A DNA stretch of 64,000 bases from Macrostomum lignano (lineage: Eukaryota), in contig NIVC01001383.1 of assembly GCA_002269645.1 (NCBI GenBank), forward strand, positions 164,740 to 228,739, written 5' to 3'. Of the stretch, positions 1 through 13,409 are shown piece after piece (the first letter of the stretch is position 1; each line of letters starts with the position of its first letter). The translations under genes and the position numbers were made by a program. Under the pieces are notes generated by a model. The model was given only the letters and a program-made list of their open reading frames with translations, searched no databases and had not been told where the DNA came from.

Positions 1-179
1 TACTAGCGGTTTTGCTAACAAATATTGCAAAAGTTCTTCCTGACTGAGGCGATCTAGAAAGCGCCTGACAGGTGCGTCTGAGTTTCAGCTGTTTCCGTGC
101 TCAGAAATGCCGATAAGGAGGGCAAACAGACGTTGCTGGATATCTTAGTAGAGGCATGGCAAGGACTGGCGCGTTGAAA

Positions 180-250
180 GGTGTCAGGCTTGATGAAAAC
201 ACGGTGTCAGGCTTGATGAAAACAGTGTCAGGCTTGATGAAAACAGTGCC
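180..250. repeat. Short intronic tandem repeat (GTGTCAGGCTTGATGAAAAC(A), about 3 copies)
   Basis: Three consecutive copies read directly from the sequence. Confidence 0.8.
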
Positions 251-359
251 AGATATGACAAAAAACAGTAGCAGACGTGATGAGCCGTCAGTGTGAGACG
301 GGATAAGCAGACAATGTCAGACATGATAAACACACTCTTGAACTAGGAGAGTTGCTCAC

Positions 360-1040
360 CAGAGAAAACTCTGCACCACAATCTAGCCGCTTGATTTCGA
401 CTCGATATTCGACAACCAGAGCTCCGTTGTTGGACACGGGCGGTCGCCAGGCCAAGCCAGCAGAGTGCGGGCCCCGGACGGACACAGCCGGCGGCGTGGG
501 AGCATCGGGCGGAGCCGCCGCCGTGGCGGCCTCCAGTGCCGGGGACCAGCGGCCTGGCCCGACCGAATTTCGTGCCCGGACTCGAGCCGCGTAGCGACGG
601 CCGGGCTCCAGATCGCTGATCGAGCACTCGAGTGCGGGACCACGGTAGACAATATCAGCGGTCGAATTTTTCTCCTCGCCATCGACTTCTTCGTCAACTA
701 AATAATCGACGCCGCCAGCGACAATCGGCGTCAGGCGAAGCTCGAACTCGACGGAATCATCGCCGGTGCGAACCACGTCCGGCGGCATCGGCGGCGCCGT
801 CCAAGCCAGGCAGAGCTGCGTCGGCCGAGGCCGGCCGGACAGACGAGGCGGCGCCAGCGGCTGTCCGGGCGGTCCGGGGGCGGAAGCGGCCAGCAGAGTC
901 TCGCTAGGCACGGACTGGCCGGAGGAGGAGGCGGCCACAACGGTGAGGGCGTGACGCCGGCCGGGCTGCAGGCCGGTGAGCACCAGCTGGCGCTGCTCAG
1001 CGGCATCCGTTTCAGCCACGATCCGGCCGTCCACCAGCAC
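360..1040 (-). CDS. FNDC3: FNDC3-like exon, FN3 repeats (gene apparently continues beyond the left edge)
   Basis: CAG acceptor at 1041-1043 and GTGAG donor at 355-359; 681 nt, phase 0/0. FN3 motifs LTGLQPGRRHALTVVA, ISDLEPGRRYAARVRARNSVGPGRWS, LAWRPPVSNNGALVVEYRVE. Confidence 0.9.
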
Positions 1041-1084
1041 CTGCGGAGTGAGGCAACTTCCGGTTGCTAATCTTCAATTTTTTG

Positions 1085-1500
1085 TGGATTGCTAATCTAC
1101 TCCTGGTTTTTATTTCCGGTGGATTGCTAATCTACTCCTGGTTTTTTATTTCCGGTGGATTGCTAATCTACTCCTGGTTTTTATTTCCGGTGGACTACTA
1201 ATCTACTCCTGGTTTTGGTGGATTGCTAATCTACTCCTGGTTGTATTTCCGGTGGATTGCTAATCTACTCCTGGTTTCGGTGGATTGCTCATCTACTCCA
1301 GGTTGTATTTCTGGTGGATTGCTAATCTACTCCTGGTTGTATTTTCGGTGGATTGCTAATCTACTCCTGGTTGTATTTCCGGTGGATTGCTAATCTACTC
1401 CTGGTTATATTCCTGGTGGATTGCTAATCTACTCCTGGTTGTATTTCGGGTGGATTGCTAATCTACTCCTGGTTATATTTCCGGTGGATGGCTAATCTAT
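1085..1500. repeat. Intronic minisatellite, about 34-bp unit GGTGGATTGCTAATCTACTCCTGGTTGTATTTCC, about 13 copies
   Basis: Period 34 between 1381 and 1415; some units are shortened. Confidence 0.95.
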
Positions 1501-1536
1501 ATTCCTGCATTTAAGATTTTATCCGAAAATACTCAC

Positions 1537-2439
1537 CAAATACCGTTTCACAGTCGAGCCACCGTCGTCCACAGGAGAATCCCAAGCCAGCCCAATAGAT
1601 CCCGGCTCCTGGCTAATCGAAGAGCCACCGCCTCCGCGGCCTCCACCGCCACGGCGTTTGCCACCGCCGGTTTTCTCAACCGTAGAAATCTTTTGCAGGC
1701 CAACAGGCGGGCCGGGCGGGTCGGCCGGAGTGCAGAACGCGGCCACAGGCGACCATTTAGACGCGGCGCCGTCGCTGCCCCTGGCCTGCAGCCGGAATCG
1801 GTACTCGGTGGCTCTGCGAAGATTGGCAACCCGATGCCTGTCCGAGTTGCCGCTGTAAACGGCGAGGAAGCCCAGTCCGGAGGCCGGATCCTCGCACTGC
1901 AGCTCGAATTCCTGATCCGCGGGCCGGCGGGACCAGGCCAAGAGAATCGACCGGGAGGAGCGCTCGACAGCGTACGGCGGCTCCGGTTGGGTTGGCGCCG
2001 AGCCGGCGGTTGCCATGGCAACAATCTGCGAATAGTCGCCAAGCCCGAGAGAGCTGAAGGCGGCTACGCGGATTAAATATTTTCGGCTGGGGGATAATTT
2101 ATTGATTTTAAATTGACGCTGACTGCCACGATATCGTTCGGTGAATTTCTCGGATCCGGACGGAGCTGATGAAGCCGCATCAGCGTCCGGTTCGCAATCG
2201 GCTTCGGAAGCGGCGGCAGCTTCCGCTAATTCTAACGCGTAGCCAGTCGGCTTGATGCCGCGATTCTCTGACGCACCCCATTTGACGGTGAGCGAATTAC
2301 GGCTGCGAGCCACCAGGACCGGGGCGCCTGGCGGCCCGGGCGGCAGGCAGCGGGTGCGGAAGGCCACCGACTCGGTGAACCGGCCGGCCAAGGCGTCCAG
2401 CTGCGGGGCCGGAGCGGGCGCAGTAGGAAGGATTTGGGG
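1537..2439 (-). CDS. FNDC3: FNDC3-like exon, FN3 repeats
   Basis: TAG acceptor at 2440-2442 and GTGAGT donor at 1531-1536; 903 nt, phase 0/0. FN3 motifs GAPVLVARSRNSLTVKW, FKINKLSPSRKYLIRVAAFS, VANLRRATEYRFRLQARG, LAWDSPVDDGGS. Confidence 0.9.
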
Positions 2440-3069
2440 CTAGGGTTTTCTAAGAAATGGTGGGAATAGCGAAATACAGTATAGTGACGGAATTGAGAGA
2501 GGTTAGCATTGAGAGGCCCATCAATATAAGTAGTGTGGCTCAATATTTGTAGTGTCGCTCAATATTTGTTATTAAAAAAGGCCTGGCAATAGGGGATTTC
2601 AAAGGAGAATTTATTTGAGAGAAAATCCCCGAGATTCTATAAGGAAACATTTGACGAACGGTTTTAAAAGAATCGAGAAGACGATTCTAAGAGGAAGGTT
2701 GAGAATAGGCCATTTGAAAAAATGGATTTAAAGCTTTGATTTCTTAATCCCTGCGATGAAAGGTTGCAAAGCGAGCGAGAGGCCTGAGAAATGAATAGGG
2801 GAGGAGGAGAGAGTTGAGAGAGACCAAACAGGTATCGCATCGCAAGCAATAAAACAGATGCCGCTGTAGAGTTTCGCTTCAAATTTGAAACACAATTGCA
2901 TTTTTTTTCAAAAAATCAAATTAAAAAGCAGCTCTTTTGATAGGTAAGCTGCTATTCTCTTACTAGCAATTCAATTTCTGCTTTCCCAAATGCTGATGAA
3001 TAGGCAGTTTTAACTGATTGGAATTCATGCCATTCACGTGATCGTGACTGACGCTGTCTACTGAGCGAA

Positions 3070-3545
3070 GCCAGCTGTTTACAGTTAATGCTAGATCATA
3101 TAACAGACTTCTACGATCGTTGGCCGGCAGTCCAGCGAAATGTCGCGACTTTCTTAGTCATTTCTTTAGTTCATCTGCACTCGCATCTGTTTGCTGATTT
3201 CTCCCTCTCTGTCTAGTAGTTCAATATTTTTATTCTTATCTCTCTCTCCCCTTGCTGTCTTCTGATTGGCCTCGGTCTCGCACTCCACCCCTCCTTCGCC
3301 CCACTTGCTACTGCCAGCTGTTTACAGCAAAGGCTAGATATAACAGACTTTTACGACCGTTGGCCAGCAGTCCAGTGAGGTGTCGCGACTTTCTTTAGTC
3401 ATTTATTCAGTTCATCTGCACTCGTCTTTGTTTACTGATTTCTCCCTCTCTGTCTAGTAGTTCAATATTGTTATTCTTATCTCTCTCCCCTCGCTGTCTT
3501 CTGATTGGCTCTTAAATCGCCCTTGGTCTCGCACTCCACCCCTCA
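3070..3545. repeat. Intronic direct duplication of about 240 bp
   Basis: GCCAGCTGTTTACAG...TAACAGACTT...TGTCGCGACTTT...GGTCTCGCACTCCACCCCTC occurs at about 3070-3300 and again at about 3313-3545. Confidence 0.85.
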
Positions 3546-4069
3546 TTTTCTTATCTGCACTCAACCACCCCACAGTTAATGACTTATAACTCAAATTTAA
3601 ATAGTTAATTAACGTATTACTCGTATTTTCTTTACAGGAGGCAAGCAGTCATGCCCGTTCCGCTGATACGTGCGCAGGAACACGCTTACACATAGTCAGC
3701 TTGGCTTTTCATTAATAACCTAATTACGAGTAACACCCTGTCCATAAGCGACATTCTATAGCTTAAATATATAATTTGTAGGATTTTTAATTTCATTAGT
3801 TCAAGAGTTATTTTACATTGTTTAGAACTATTTAATGATAGTTCAGGGTCTTCAAAAATGTTTGGATGCATTTTAGGGCGTTTAAGAGTGTTAAAAGGTA
3901 TTTTAGGATGCTAAAAAGTGTTTATAAACTTTCTAATGTTACTTAAGGTGTTTAAAGCTGATTAACAGTTTTAAGAGTGTTTTTTAGTATCCCTTATCGA
4001 GGAGACAAATATGAAGCATATCGCAGACCCCTAAAGCAAGATATTCAGCAATTATCAAGGCATGCTCAC

Positions 4070-4482
4070 ATTGGCCTTGGCCTTGACAAAATACTCCGTA
4101 TTTGGCTTCAAATCTTGTAGAGAAATCTCCTCGGCCGGACCTTTAAACACGCAATTATAGAAGCCTTTGCTGCCGGTCTCCGACAGCTGCAGTTCAAACG
4201 ACAGCATGGGAAACAGGGAGTCGGGCACCCGCTCGGGCGGATACAGGTGCACCAGACAGCTGTTTAACTCCGAGTCTGTCACAGTCGGCTGCGGCATCTC
4301 CGATAGGATGTCTGCCAGCTCCTCGGCAGTGATGCCTAGTTCGATGAGAGCCGCATCTAACGATCGCGGAGCGGCGGTGGCGGCATCAGTTGTCCTCAGA
4401 GCCGGACCGTCCAAGTTGTCGCTATTAGCTGGAGAAGCTGCCAAAGTGCCATTCTCGCCGGCTAAGCCGCCGTTGACGGAGC
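4070..4482 (-). CDS. FNDC3: FNDC3-like exon, first fibronectin type III repeat
   Basis: CAG acceptor (plus ctg 4483-4485) and GTGAG donor (plus ctcac 4065-4069). Phase 1 in, phase 0 out. Encodes EELADILSEMPQPTVTD...SFELQLSETG...VFKGPAEEISLQDLKPNTEYFVKAKA, an FN3 signature. Confidence 0.85.
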
Positions 4483-7400
4483 CTGTGTGCAATGTTGTTA
4501 ATAGAGTTCGAATTGTGCGGCCGTAAGATTAATCTCTTCTCTCTATCTATCTATCTATATCTTAATACTAAAAGTGGTGCGATGTTTGTTTGTGTGTTGC
4601 AATTTTTCTCCTAAACTACTGGCAAGTCAGCGTTGAAACTTATATGGGAAAACTGCAAATTTTCCGGATTGGGTTTATAGCTATTTTAATCTTTCATTTT
4701 TACATTTCTTCTTTCTTCTTAATACTAAAGTTGGTGCGTTGTTTGTCTGTGTGTGTGTGTGTTTGTTGGATAACTCCTCCTAGAATACTTGCAAGTCAGC
4801 GTTGAAACTTATATGGGAAAACTGCAAATTTTCCGAGGATGGCTTTAGGCTATTTTAATCTTTCATTTTCAATTTTTAAGATCCCTAAAAAAGCAGAAAA
4901 TGGCGGTCTTGACCTTTGATAATCTTAATTGTCCCCTCTTTCTGCTTGGAGCTGAAAATTTGTATCAATTTTAGTGATTGCGCCATAAAATTTTTCTATC
5001 TTGGCAGTGTATTTTCTCTCAAGTGGGGGATGGTCGCGTTCTCAGTGGCTGCGTGTGTACACTTGAACCCTGGCTCACTGACTGACTTTATAGACAATTG
5101 CGCAACTATTTGTGTTCTGTTTTTTAACAGGAAGCCCTGTGTATTTTTTGCACAGTGAAATTCAGTGCATTTTAATGCATAAACTTGCGAGCATCTTTAG
5201 CAGGCAGTGAACGTACACTCGATATTTCAATGCTTAAAATCAGAAAGTTTCAAACACTAACTGTTGCTCGAGTTTTGAACTTAGAGAGGAGAGACTTATA
5301 TTGCTGGAAAGATCTTGCTGCGATGAGTTCGGGGATATAAGTTTTTTGCTTTAAATATGAAAATTAAATTCACAGCATTCAAGAAAAGATTTTCATACTT
5401 TAAGCTTTCTGCAAAGATTGTGCTCATTTTGGAGTTCAATGGGGGTTCGACCGACCCCCAATAGTTGGTGGGGGGGTTCAATTTCTAGCTGCACTGCGTA
5501 TTGGAAGGGGGTCGGTTGCTGTGTATTTGAGGGTTGATTTAGATTGCGCAATCTTTTTGTTAACTTTAACTGAGGCTGATACTGACTGCCTGAGAAATAA
5601 GTTGCGCAATTTAATTGGTTCAATGTTTTTACGGCGCCTTTCAACACGCAGCTGTCAACCCTAACCCTAACCCTAACCAATGAATTCTGAGAGCTGGGCT
5701 ATTTGACGTAGAAATTTCGATTTAGTCCAGTTTCACGGAGAGGATTTCTATTTCGCGGAGAATATTTTAATACTAAAGTTGGTGCGTTGTTTGTTTGTTT
5801 GTTTGTCTGTTTGTTTGTAGGATATCTCCTCCTAGACTACGTGCAACTCAGCGTTGAAACTTATATGGGAATACTGCAAATTTTCCGGAATCGGCTTTAG
5901 GCTGTTTTAATCTTTCATTTTTTAATTTTAAGATCCCTAAAAAAGCAGAAATCTGATTTCCTAACCTTCTCTGGACACTTTTTCTGCTCGGAGCTGAAAA
6001 TTTGCATAAATTTTGAGTGATTACGCCACAACTTTTTCCTATGTCGCCAGTGCATTTTCTCTCCTGTGGGGGAATGGGCGCGTTCTCATTGGCGGCGTGT
6101 GTACAATTGGACCCTGGCTCACTGGCTGACTTTATAGACAATTGCGCAACTATTTGTGTTCTGTTTTTTAACAGGAAGCCCTGTGTATTTTTTGCACAGT
6201 GAAATTCAGTGCATTTTAATGCATAAACTCGCGAGCATCTTTAGCAGGCAGTGAAGGTACACTCGATATTTCAATGCTTAAAATCAGAAAGTTTCAAACA
6301 CTAACTGTTGCTCGAGTTTTGAACTTAGAGAGGAGAGACTTATATTGCTGGAAAGATCTTGCTGCGATGAGTTCGGGGATATAAGTTTTTTGCTTTAAAT
6401 ATGAAAATTAAATTCACAGCATTCAAGAAAAGATTTTCATACTTTAAGCTTTCTGCAAAGATTGTGCTCATTTTGGAGTTCAATGGGGGTTCGACCGACC
6501 CCCCAATAGTTGGTGGGGGGGGGGTTCAATTTCTAGCTGCACTGCGTATTGGAAGGGGGGTCGGTTGCTGTGTATTTGAGGGTTGATTTAGATTGCGCAA
6601 TCTTTTTGTTAACTTTAACTGAGGCTGATACTGACTGCCTGAGAAATAAGTTGCGCAATTTAATTGGTTCAATGTTTTTACGGCGCCTTTCAACACGCAG
6701 CTGTGTGTAGCTCTAACCCTAACCCTAACCAATGAATTCTGAGAGCTGGGCTGTTTGACGTAGAAATTTCGATTTAGTCCAGTTTCACGGAGAGGATTTC
6801 TATTTCGCGGAGAATATTTCGATGGTGTTCAGTTTCACGGAGAGGATTTCGATAGTGTTCAGTTTCACGGAGACGATTTCTGTTGCGCGGAGAGGTGTTG
6901 GAAAATGGGATTCCGCTGATGGAGTTCAGGGAATGGAATTCCGCTGATTGGAGTTCTTCCCCTTTCTTCTCCGAAGGAGGAGTTGGCCTCGTTCTTAATA
7001 CTAAAAGTGGTGCGATGTTTGTTTGTGTGTTGCAATTTTTCTCCTAGACTACTGGCAAGTCAGCGTTGAAACTTATATGGGAAAACTGCAAATTTTCCGG
7101 ATTGGGTTTATAGCTATTTTACTCTTTCATTTTTACATTTTAAGATCCCTAAAAAAGCAGAAAACTGTTTTTTTAACCCTCAATAACCTTCTTTGGCCAC
7201 TCTGCCTGGGGCTGCAGCCAGTTTGTAAAAATAGCCACCCCAACCTCCGCCCGCGGGTCGCTGTGTTTTTGGGGGGGGGGTGAGTGCGCGTGTTCCGCGT
7301 TCAATGCAAACCCCCCCCCCGCGTGTTAGGGGTTCAATTAAATTTAACGATTCCCCCGGAATGGGGGGTTGGGCTTGGGCTGAGTGTACATAGAAGTTGT

Positions 7401-10400
7401 ACAGTGTAAGGAGATAGCTAGGACTGTGTCGAGATTTAATTGGTTTTATTATCGGCGCCATTCAATAGGCAGCCATGTGTATTTGCTGGGCAGTAAAATT
7501 CATTGAATAAACTTGCGAGCCTCTTTAGCAGGCAGTGAACGTACACTCGATACTTCAATGCTTTAAATCAGGAAATTTCAAACGCTAACTGTTCCTCAAG
7601 TTTTACACTTTCAGAGGAGAGACTTACATTGCTGGAAAGATCTTGCAACGCTGAGTTCGGGGATATAAGTTGTTTGCTTTAAATGTGAAAACAAAAAGCA
7701 CAGCATTTAAAAAACGATTTCCATACTTTTAACTTTCTGCAGTGTTACTCATTTTGGAGTTCAATGGGGGTTCGACCAACCCCCGAACAGTTGGTGGGAG
7801 GGGAGGGGCGGTTCAACTTTTAATTGCCACTGCGGAAGGGGGTCAGTCGCTGTGTATTGAAGGGTTGATTTAGTTTGCGCAATCTTTTTGTTAACTTTTA
7901 CCGAGACTGATACTGACTGACTGTGAAATCGGTTGCGCATTCAATGAATTTAATTGGTTCAATTTTTTATCGGCGCCTTTCAACACGCTGCTGCGTTGTA
8001 GCTCTAACCCTAACCCTAACCCTAACCACTAAATCCTGAGAGTTGATTCTTTTTGACGGAGAAAATTTCGATTCAGTCCAGTTTTAAGGAGAGAATTTCT
8101 GTTTCGCGGAGACGATTTTGATGGATGTCAGTTTCACGCAGAGGATTTCCATGAAGTCCAGTTTAACGGAGAGGATTTCTGTTTCTCGGAGAGGATATTG
8201 ATGAATGTCAGTTTCACGGAGAGGTTTTTGATGGAGTTATCTTTTACGGAGAGGATTTCGATGATGTTCAGTTTCGCGGAGAGGAGTTGGATGATGGGAT
8301 TCAGGGAATGGCATTTCAGGGAATGGAGTTCCGGTGATGGGAATTCTTCCCCTTTCTCCTCCAGAGGAGGAGTTGGCCTCGTCTTAATACTAAAAGTGGT
8401 GCGTTGTTTGTTTGTGTGTTGCAATTTTTCTCCTAGACTACTGGCAAGTCAGCGTTGAAACTTATATGGGAAAACTGCAAATTTTCCGGATTGGGTTTAT
8501 AGCAATTTTAATCTTTCATTTTTACATTTTAAGATCCCTAGAAAAGCAGAAAACTGTTTTTTTAACCCTCAATAACCTTCTTTGGCCACTCTGCCTGGGG
8601 CTGCAGCCAGTTTGTAAAAATAGCCACCCCAACCTCCGCCCGCGGGCCGCTGTGTATTGAGGGGTGGTGGGTGCGCGTGTTCCGCGTTCAATGCAAATAA
8701 CCCCCCGCGTGTTGGGGGGTTCAATTAAATTTAACGATTCCCCCGGAATGGGAGGGGGTTGGGCTTGGGCTGAGTGTACATAGCAGTTGTACAGTGTAAG
8801 GAGATAGCTAGGACTGTGTCGAGATTTAATTGGTTTTATTATCGGCGGCATTCAATAGGCAGCCATGTGTATTTGCTGGGCAGTAAAATTTAATGTATAA
8901 ACTTGCGAGCCTCTTTAGCAGGCTGTGAACGTACACTCGATACTTTAATGCTTTAAATCAGGAAATTTCAAGCGCTAACTGTTCCTCGAGTTTTAAACTT
9001 TCAGAAGAGAGACTTATATTACTGGAAAGATCTTGCAATACTGAGTTCGGGGATATAAGTTGTTTGCTTTAAATGTGAAAACAAAAAGCACAGCATTTAA
9101 AAAACGATTTCCATACTTTTAACTTTCGGCAGTGTACTCATTTTGGAGTTCAATGGGGGTTCGACCAACCCCCAAAAGTTGGTGGGAGGGGGGGTTCAAC
9201 TTTTAATTGCCACTGCGTATTGGAAGGGGGTCAGTCGCTGTGTATTGGAGGGTTGATTTAGTTTGCGCAATCTTTTTGTTAACTTTTACCGAGACTGATA
9301 CTGACTGACTGTGAAATCGGTTGCGCATTCAATTAATTCAATTGGTTCAACACGCTGCTGCGTTGTAGCTCTAACCCTAACCCTAACCCTAACCCTAACC
9401 ACTAAATCCTGAGAGTTGATTCTTTTTTACGGAGAAAATTTCGATTCAGTCCAGTTTAATGGAGAGAATTTCTGTTTCGCGGAGACGATTTTGATGGATG
9501 TCAGTTTCACGGAGAGGATTTCCATGGAGTCCAGTTTCACGGAGAGGATTTCTGTTTCTCGGAGGGGATTTTGATGAATGTCAGTTTCACGGAGAGGATT
9601 TCCATGGAGTCCAGTTTCACGGAGAGGATTTCTGTTTCTCGGAGGGGATTTTGATGAATGTCAGTTTCACGGAGAGGATTTCCATGGAGTCCAGTTTCAC
9701 GGAGAGGATTTCTATTTCTCGGAGGGGATTTTGATGAATGTCAGTTTCACGGAGAGGTGTTTGATGGAGTTCTCTTTTACGGAGAAGATTTCGATGATGT
9801 TCAGTTTCGCGGAGAGAAGTTGGATGATGGGATTCAGGGAATGGCATTTCAGGGAATGGAGTACCGGTGATGGGAATTCTTCCCCTTTCTCCTCCAGAGG
9901 AGGAGTTGGCCTCGTCTCTCTACATATACTAAAGTTCACGTGTTGTTTGTCTGTCTGTCTGTCATTTCGACAACTCCTCCTTGAATAGTGGCAACTCAGC
10001 GTTGAAACTTATATGGGAAGATTGGAAATTATCCGAGGTCGGCTATAGGCTATTTTAATTCTGAAATTTTCTACATATACTAAAGTTCACGTGTTGTTTG
10101 TCTGTCTGTCTGTCATTTCGACAACTCCTCCTTGAATAGTGGCAACTCAGCGTTGAAACTTATATGGGAAGATTTGAAATTATCCGAGGTCGGCTATAGG
10201 CTATTTTAATTCTGAAATTTTCTACATATACTAAAGTTCACGTGTTGTTTGTCTGTCTGTCTGTCATTTCGACAACTCCTCCTTGAATAGTGGCAACTCA
10301 GCGTTGAAACTTATATGGGAAGATTGGAAATTATCCGAGGTCGGCTATAGGCTATTTTAATTCTGAAATTTTAATTTCTAAAATCCTCAAAAAAGCAGAA

Positions 10401-13400
10401 AACTGCTTTTTTGACCCCCAATGACCTTCTTTTGCCACTCTGCCTGGGGCTTCAGCCAGTTTGTAAAAATAGCCACCCCAACCTCCGCCCGCGGGCCGCT
10501 GTGTATTGAGGGGTGGTGGGTGCGCGTGTTCTGCGTTCAATGCAAATAAAACCCCCCGCGAGTTGAGGGGTTGAGTTAAATTTAATGATTCCCCCGGAAC
10601 GGGGGGGTTGGGCTTGGACTGAGTGTACATAGCTGTTGTAAACAGATAGAACTGTGCCGAGATTCAATTGGTTTTATTATCGGCCCTGTGTATTAGCTGG
10701 GCAGTGAAATTCAATGAATAAACTTGCGAGCTTCTCTAGCAAGCAGTCGGGAAACCGGTAAATTTTAAACGCTAACTGTTCCTCGAGTTTTAAACTTTGA
10801 GAGGAGAAACTTATATTGCTGGAAAGATCTTGCAACGCTGAGTTCGGGGATATAAGTTGTTTGCTTTAAATATGAAAAGAGAAAGCACAGCATTTGAAAA
10901 AGTATTTCCATACTTTTAACTTTCTGCAAAAATTGTACTCAGTTTTGCGAGACGTAATAGATAAAGTTGGGGGAGGGTTTAACTTCTCACTGCTGCTGTG
11001 TATTGGAGGGTTGATTTAGATTGCGCAATGTTTTTGTTAACTTTAACTGAGACTGATACTGACTGACTGTGAAATCGGTTGCGCCATCAATTTGTTTTAT
11101 TATCTGTGCCTTTCAATAGGCTGCCCTGTGTAATAGCCGGCGTGTGTAATTAATGAATAAACTTGCGAGCCTCTTTGGCAGGCAGTGAACGTACACTCGA
11201 TATTTCAATGCTTTAAAACGGGAACTTTCAAATGCTAACTGCTCTTCGAGTTCTAAACTTTAAGAGAAGAGACTTATACTGCTGAAAAGATCTTGCAACG
11301 CTGAGTTCAAGGATATAAATTGTTTGCTTTAAATATAAAGACTAAAAGCACAGCATAAAAAAACTATTTCCATACTTTTAGCTTTCTGCAAAGATTGTAC
11401 TCATTTTTAGTTCAATGCCCCCAACAGTTGGGGGTTCAATTTCTAATTGCCACTGCGTATTGAAAAGGGGTCGGTCTCTGTGTACTGGAGGGTTGATTTA
11501 AATTGCGCAATCTTTTTGTTAACTTTAACTGAGACTGATACTGACTGACTGAGAAATCTGTTGCGCAATCAATTGATTCAATTGTTTCAATTTTTTTTAT
11601 TTGGACACGCAGCTGTGTGTAGCTCTAACCCTAACCCTAACCCTAACAATAACCCTAACCAGTGAATCATGATATTTTATTCTTTTTGACGGAGAAAATT
11701 TCGATTGAGTCCAGTTTTAAAGAGAGAATTTCGATGGTTATCAGTTTCACGGACAGGATTTCTGTTTCGCTGAGAGGATTTCGATGGTTTTCAGTTTTAC
11801 GGAGAGGATTTCGATGGTTTTCAGTTGCACAGACTGCTTCGCGGAGAGGATCTTGATGGATTTGGCATCTTCAATCAGTCAGAGAAGAGAGTAAAGAGAA
11901 GAATGAAAAGAGAAGAGAGATGAGATGATAGAAAACAGAGTAGAAATGAATGGAGAGATTAGACATGACAGATGGGAGACTTAGCTGCAGGGCTGTCCCG
12001 GGGGGACACAGCGGGAAGGCGCGAACACCCATTCCGCTAAACAGATGGGAGAGAAGAGGGGAGTAAGGCCGGAACAAAGGAGGGAGAAGAGAAGAGGAGA
12101 GAGGAGATGAGAGGGGAGAAATGAGATAACAGAGGGAGACAAGTTAAGAGAGGAAAGTAGTGCGGAGAGGAGAGATGAGAGATGCGATGAGAAGAGAGGA
12201 GTGAGAAATAAGAGAGAAGAGATTAGAGATTAGAAAAGAGAGGGAAGAAGATGAAAGGAGCAAGGAGAGGAGAAAAGAGAGAATGGAAAGGATAGAAAAG
12301 AGAGAAGAGAAGAGAAAGGGGATAGTGGAAAGGAGGAACGAAAGATAGGAGATAAGAAAGTAGAGGGTGAGAGCGTATATGAGATATGAGAAATGAGAGC
12401 AGAGAGGAGAGAAAAGAGAAGTGAGAGAGGTTTAAGGAGAGACGATAGATAAGTGAGTAGAGATGACATATGAGAGAGGAGAGAAGAGGGAGAGATATGA
12501 GGGAAGAGAGGAGACAAGAGACAGGAGAGGGTACAGACGAAAGACGAGGGAGAAGAGACAAATAAGGAGTGGGGGTAGAGATGAGATGAGAGAGAGGAGA
12601 GAGAAGAGAGTCACGATAATAGCGAATAGAAGAGAGAGGAGATATGAGAGACGTGAGAGTCTTTGAGCTATGGTCTTTCAAAGATTTTGTAAAGAATTTG
12701 GAGACGATTTGGAAGATGGGATTCAAGTGGAGTTTCAGCTGATGGATTTCAGGGAATGGAATTCCGGTGATGGGAGTTCTTCCCCTTTCTCCTCCGAAGG
12801 AGGAGTTCCACTCGTATATACTAAAAATGAGTTGTCTGTATGTGGGTAGGTATGCGATAGATTTCAGAAAAAATGGCTCAACCAATTTTCTTTAAACTTG
12901 CACCATTTGATCAGAAATTTTCCTGGGACGGTACATGCATCTTGGCTAAGAAATTGCTCAATTTTAAAGGGATTAAATATTCGAAAAACATGCTTTTTTG
13001 CAAAGGTCAAGCAGCTCTTTTGACCTGAAATGCATTGTAAGAATGCTAGAGAAAAAACTGACTGACTGAATTCCGATTGTGATAAAGATTGCATCACAAC
13101 AAGTTGAAAACAGTGCCGAAGAAATGCACACACGACTTGATTAAAATTGCGTAACCAATATTGCTAACTTGAACTGAGACTGATACTGGCTGACTGAGAA
13201 ATTGATTATGTCATAACTTTTTACCCCAATTGACTTGCTGTAAGAATTTAATTATAAGGGCCACAATTCATGTACTCCAATTGAAAAGAGATAGCCTAGA
13301 TCCGAACAGACTGGACTGCCAACGTAGCGACCTGGGTTCGAATCTTAGTAGTGCAAAATAATTTTTTTATAAAACACCTTGAAAACACGAAACTGCTAAA

Positions 13401-13409
13401 CATAAAAAA

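Noticed and set aside
5657-5680. TAACCC tracts as a true telomere or chromosome fusion site
   Set aside because: Only 2-5 units, all in one orientation, recurring at a fixed position within the repeat unit.
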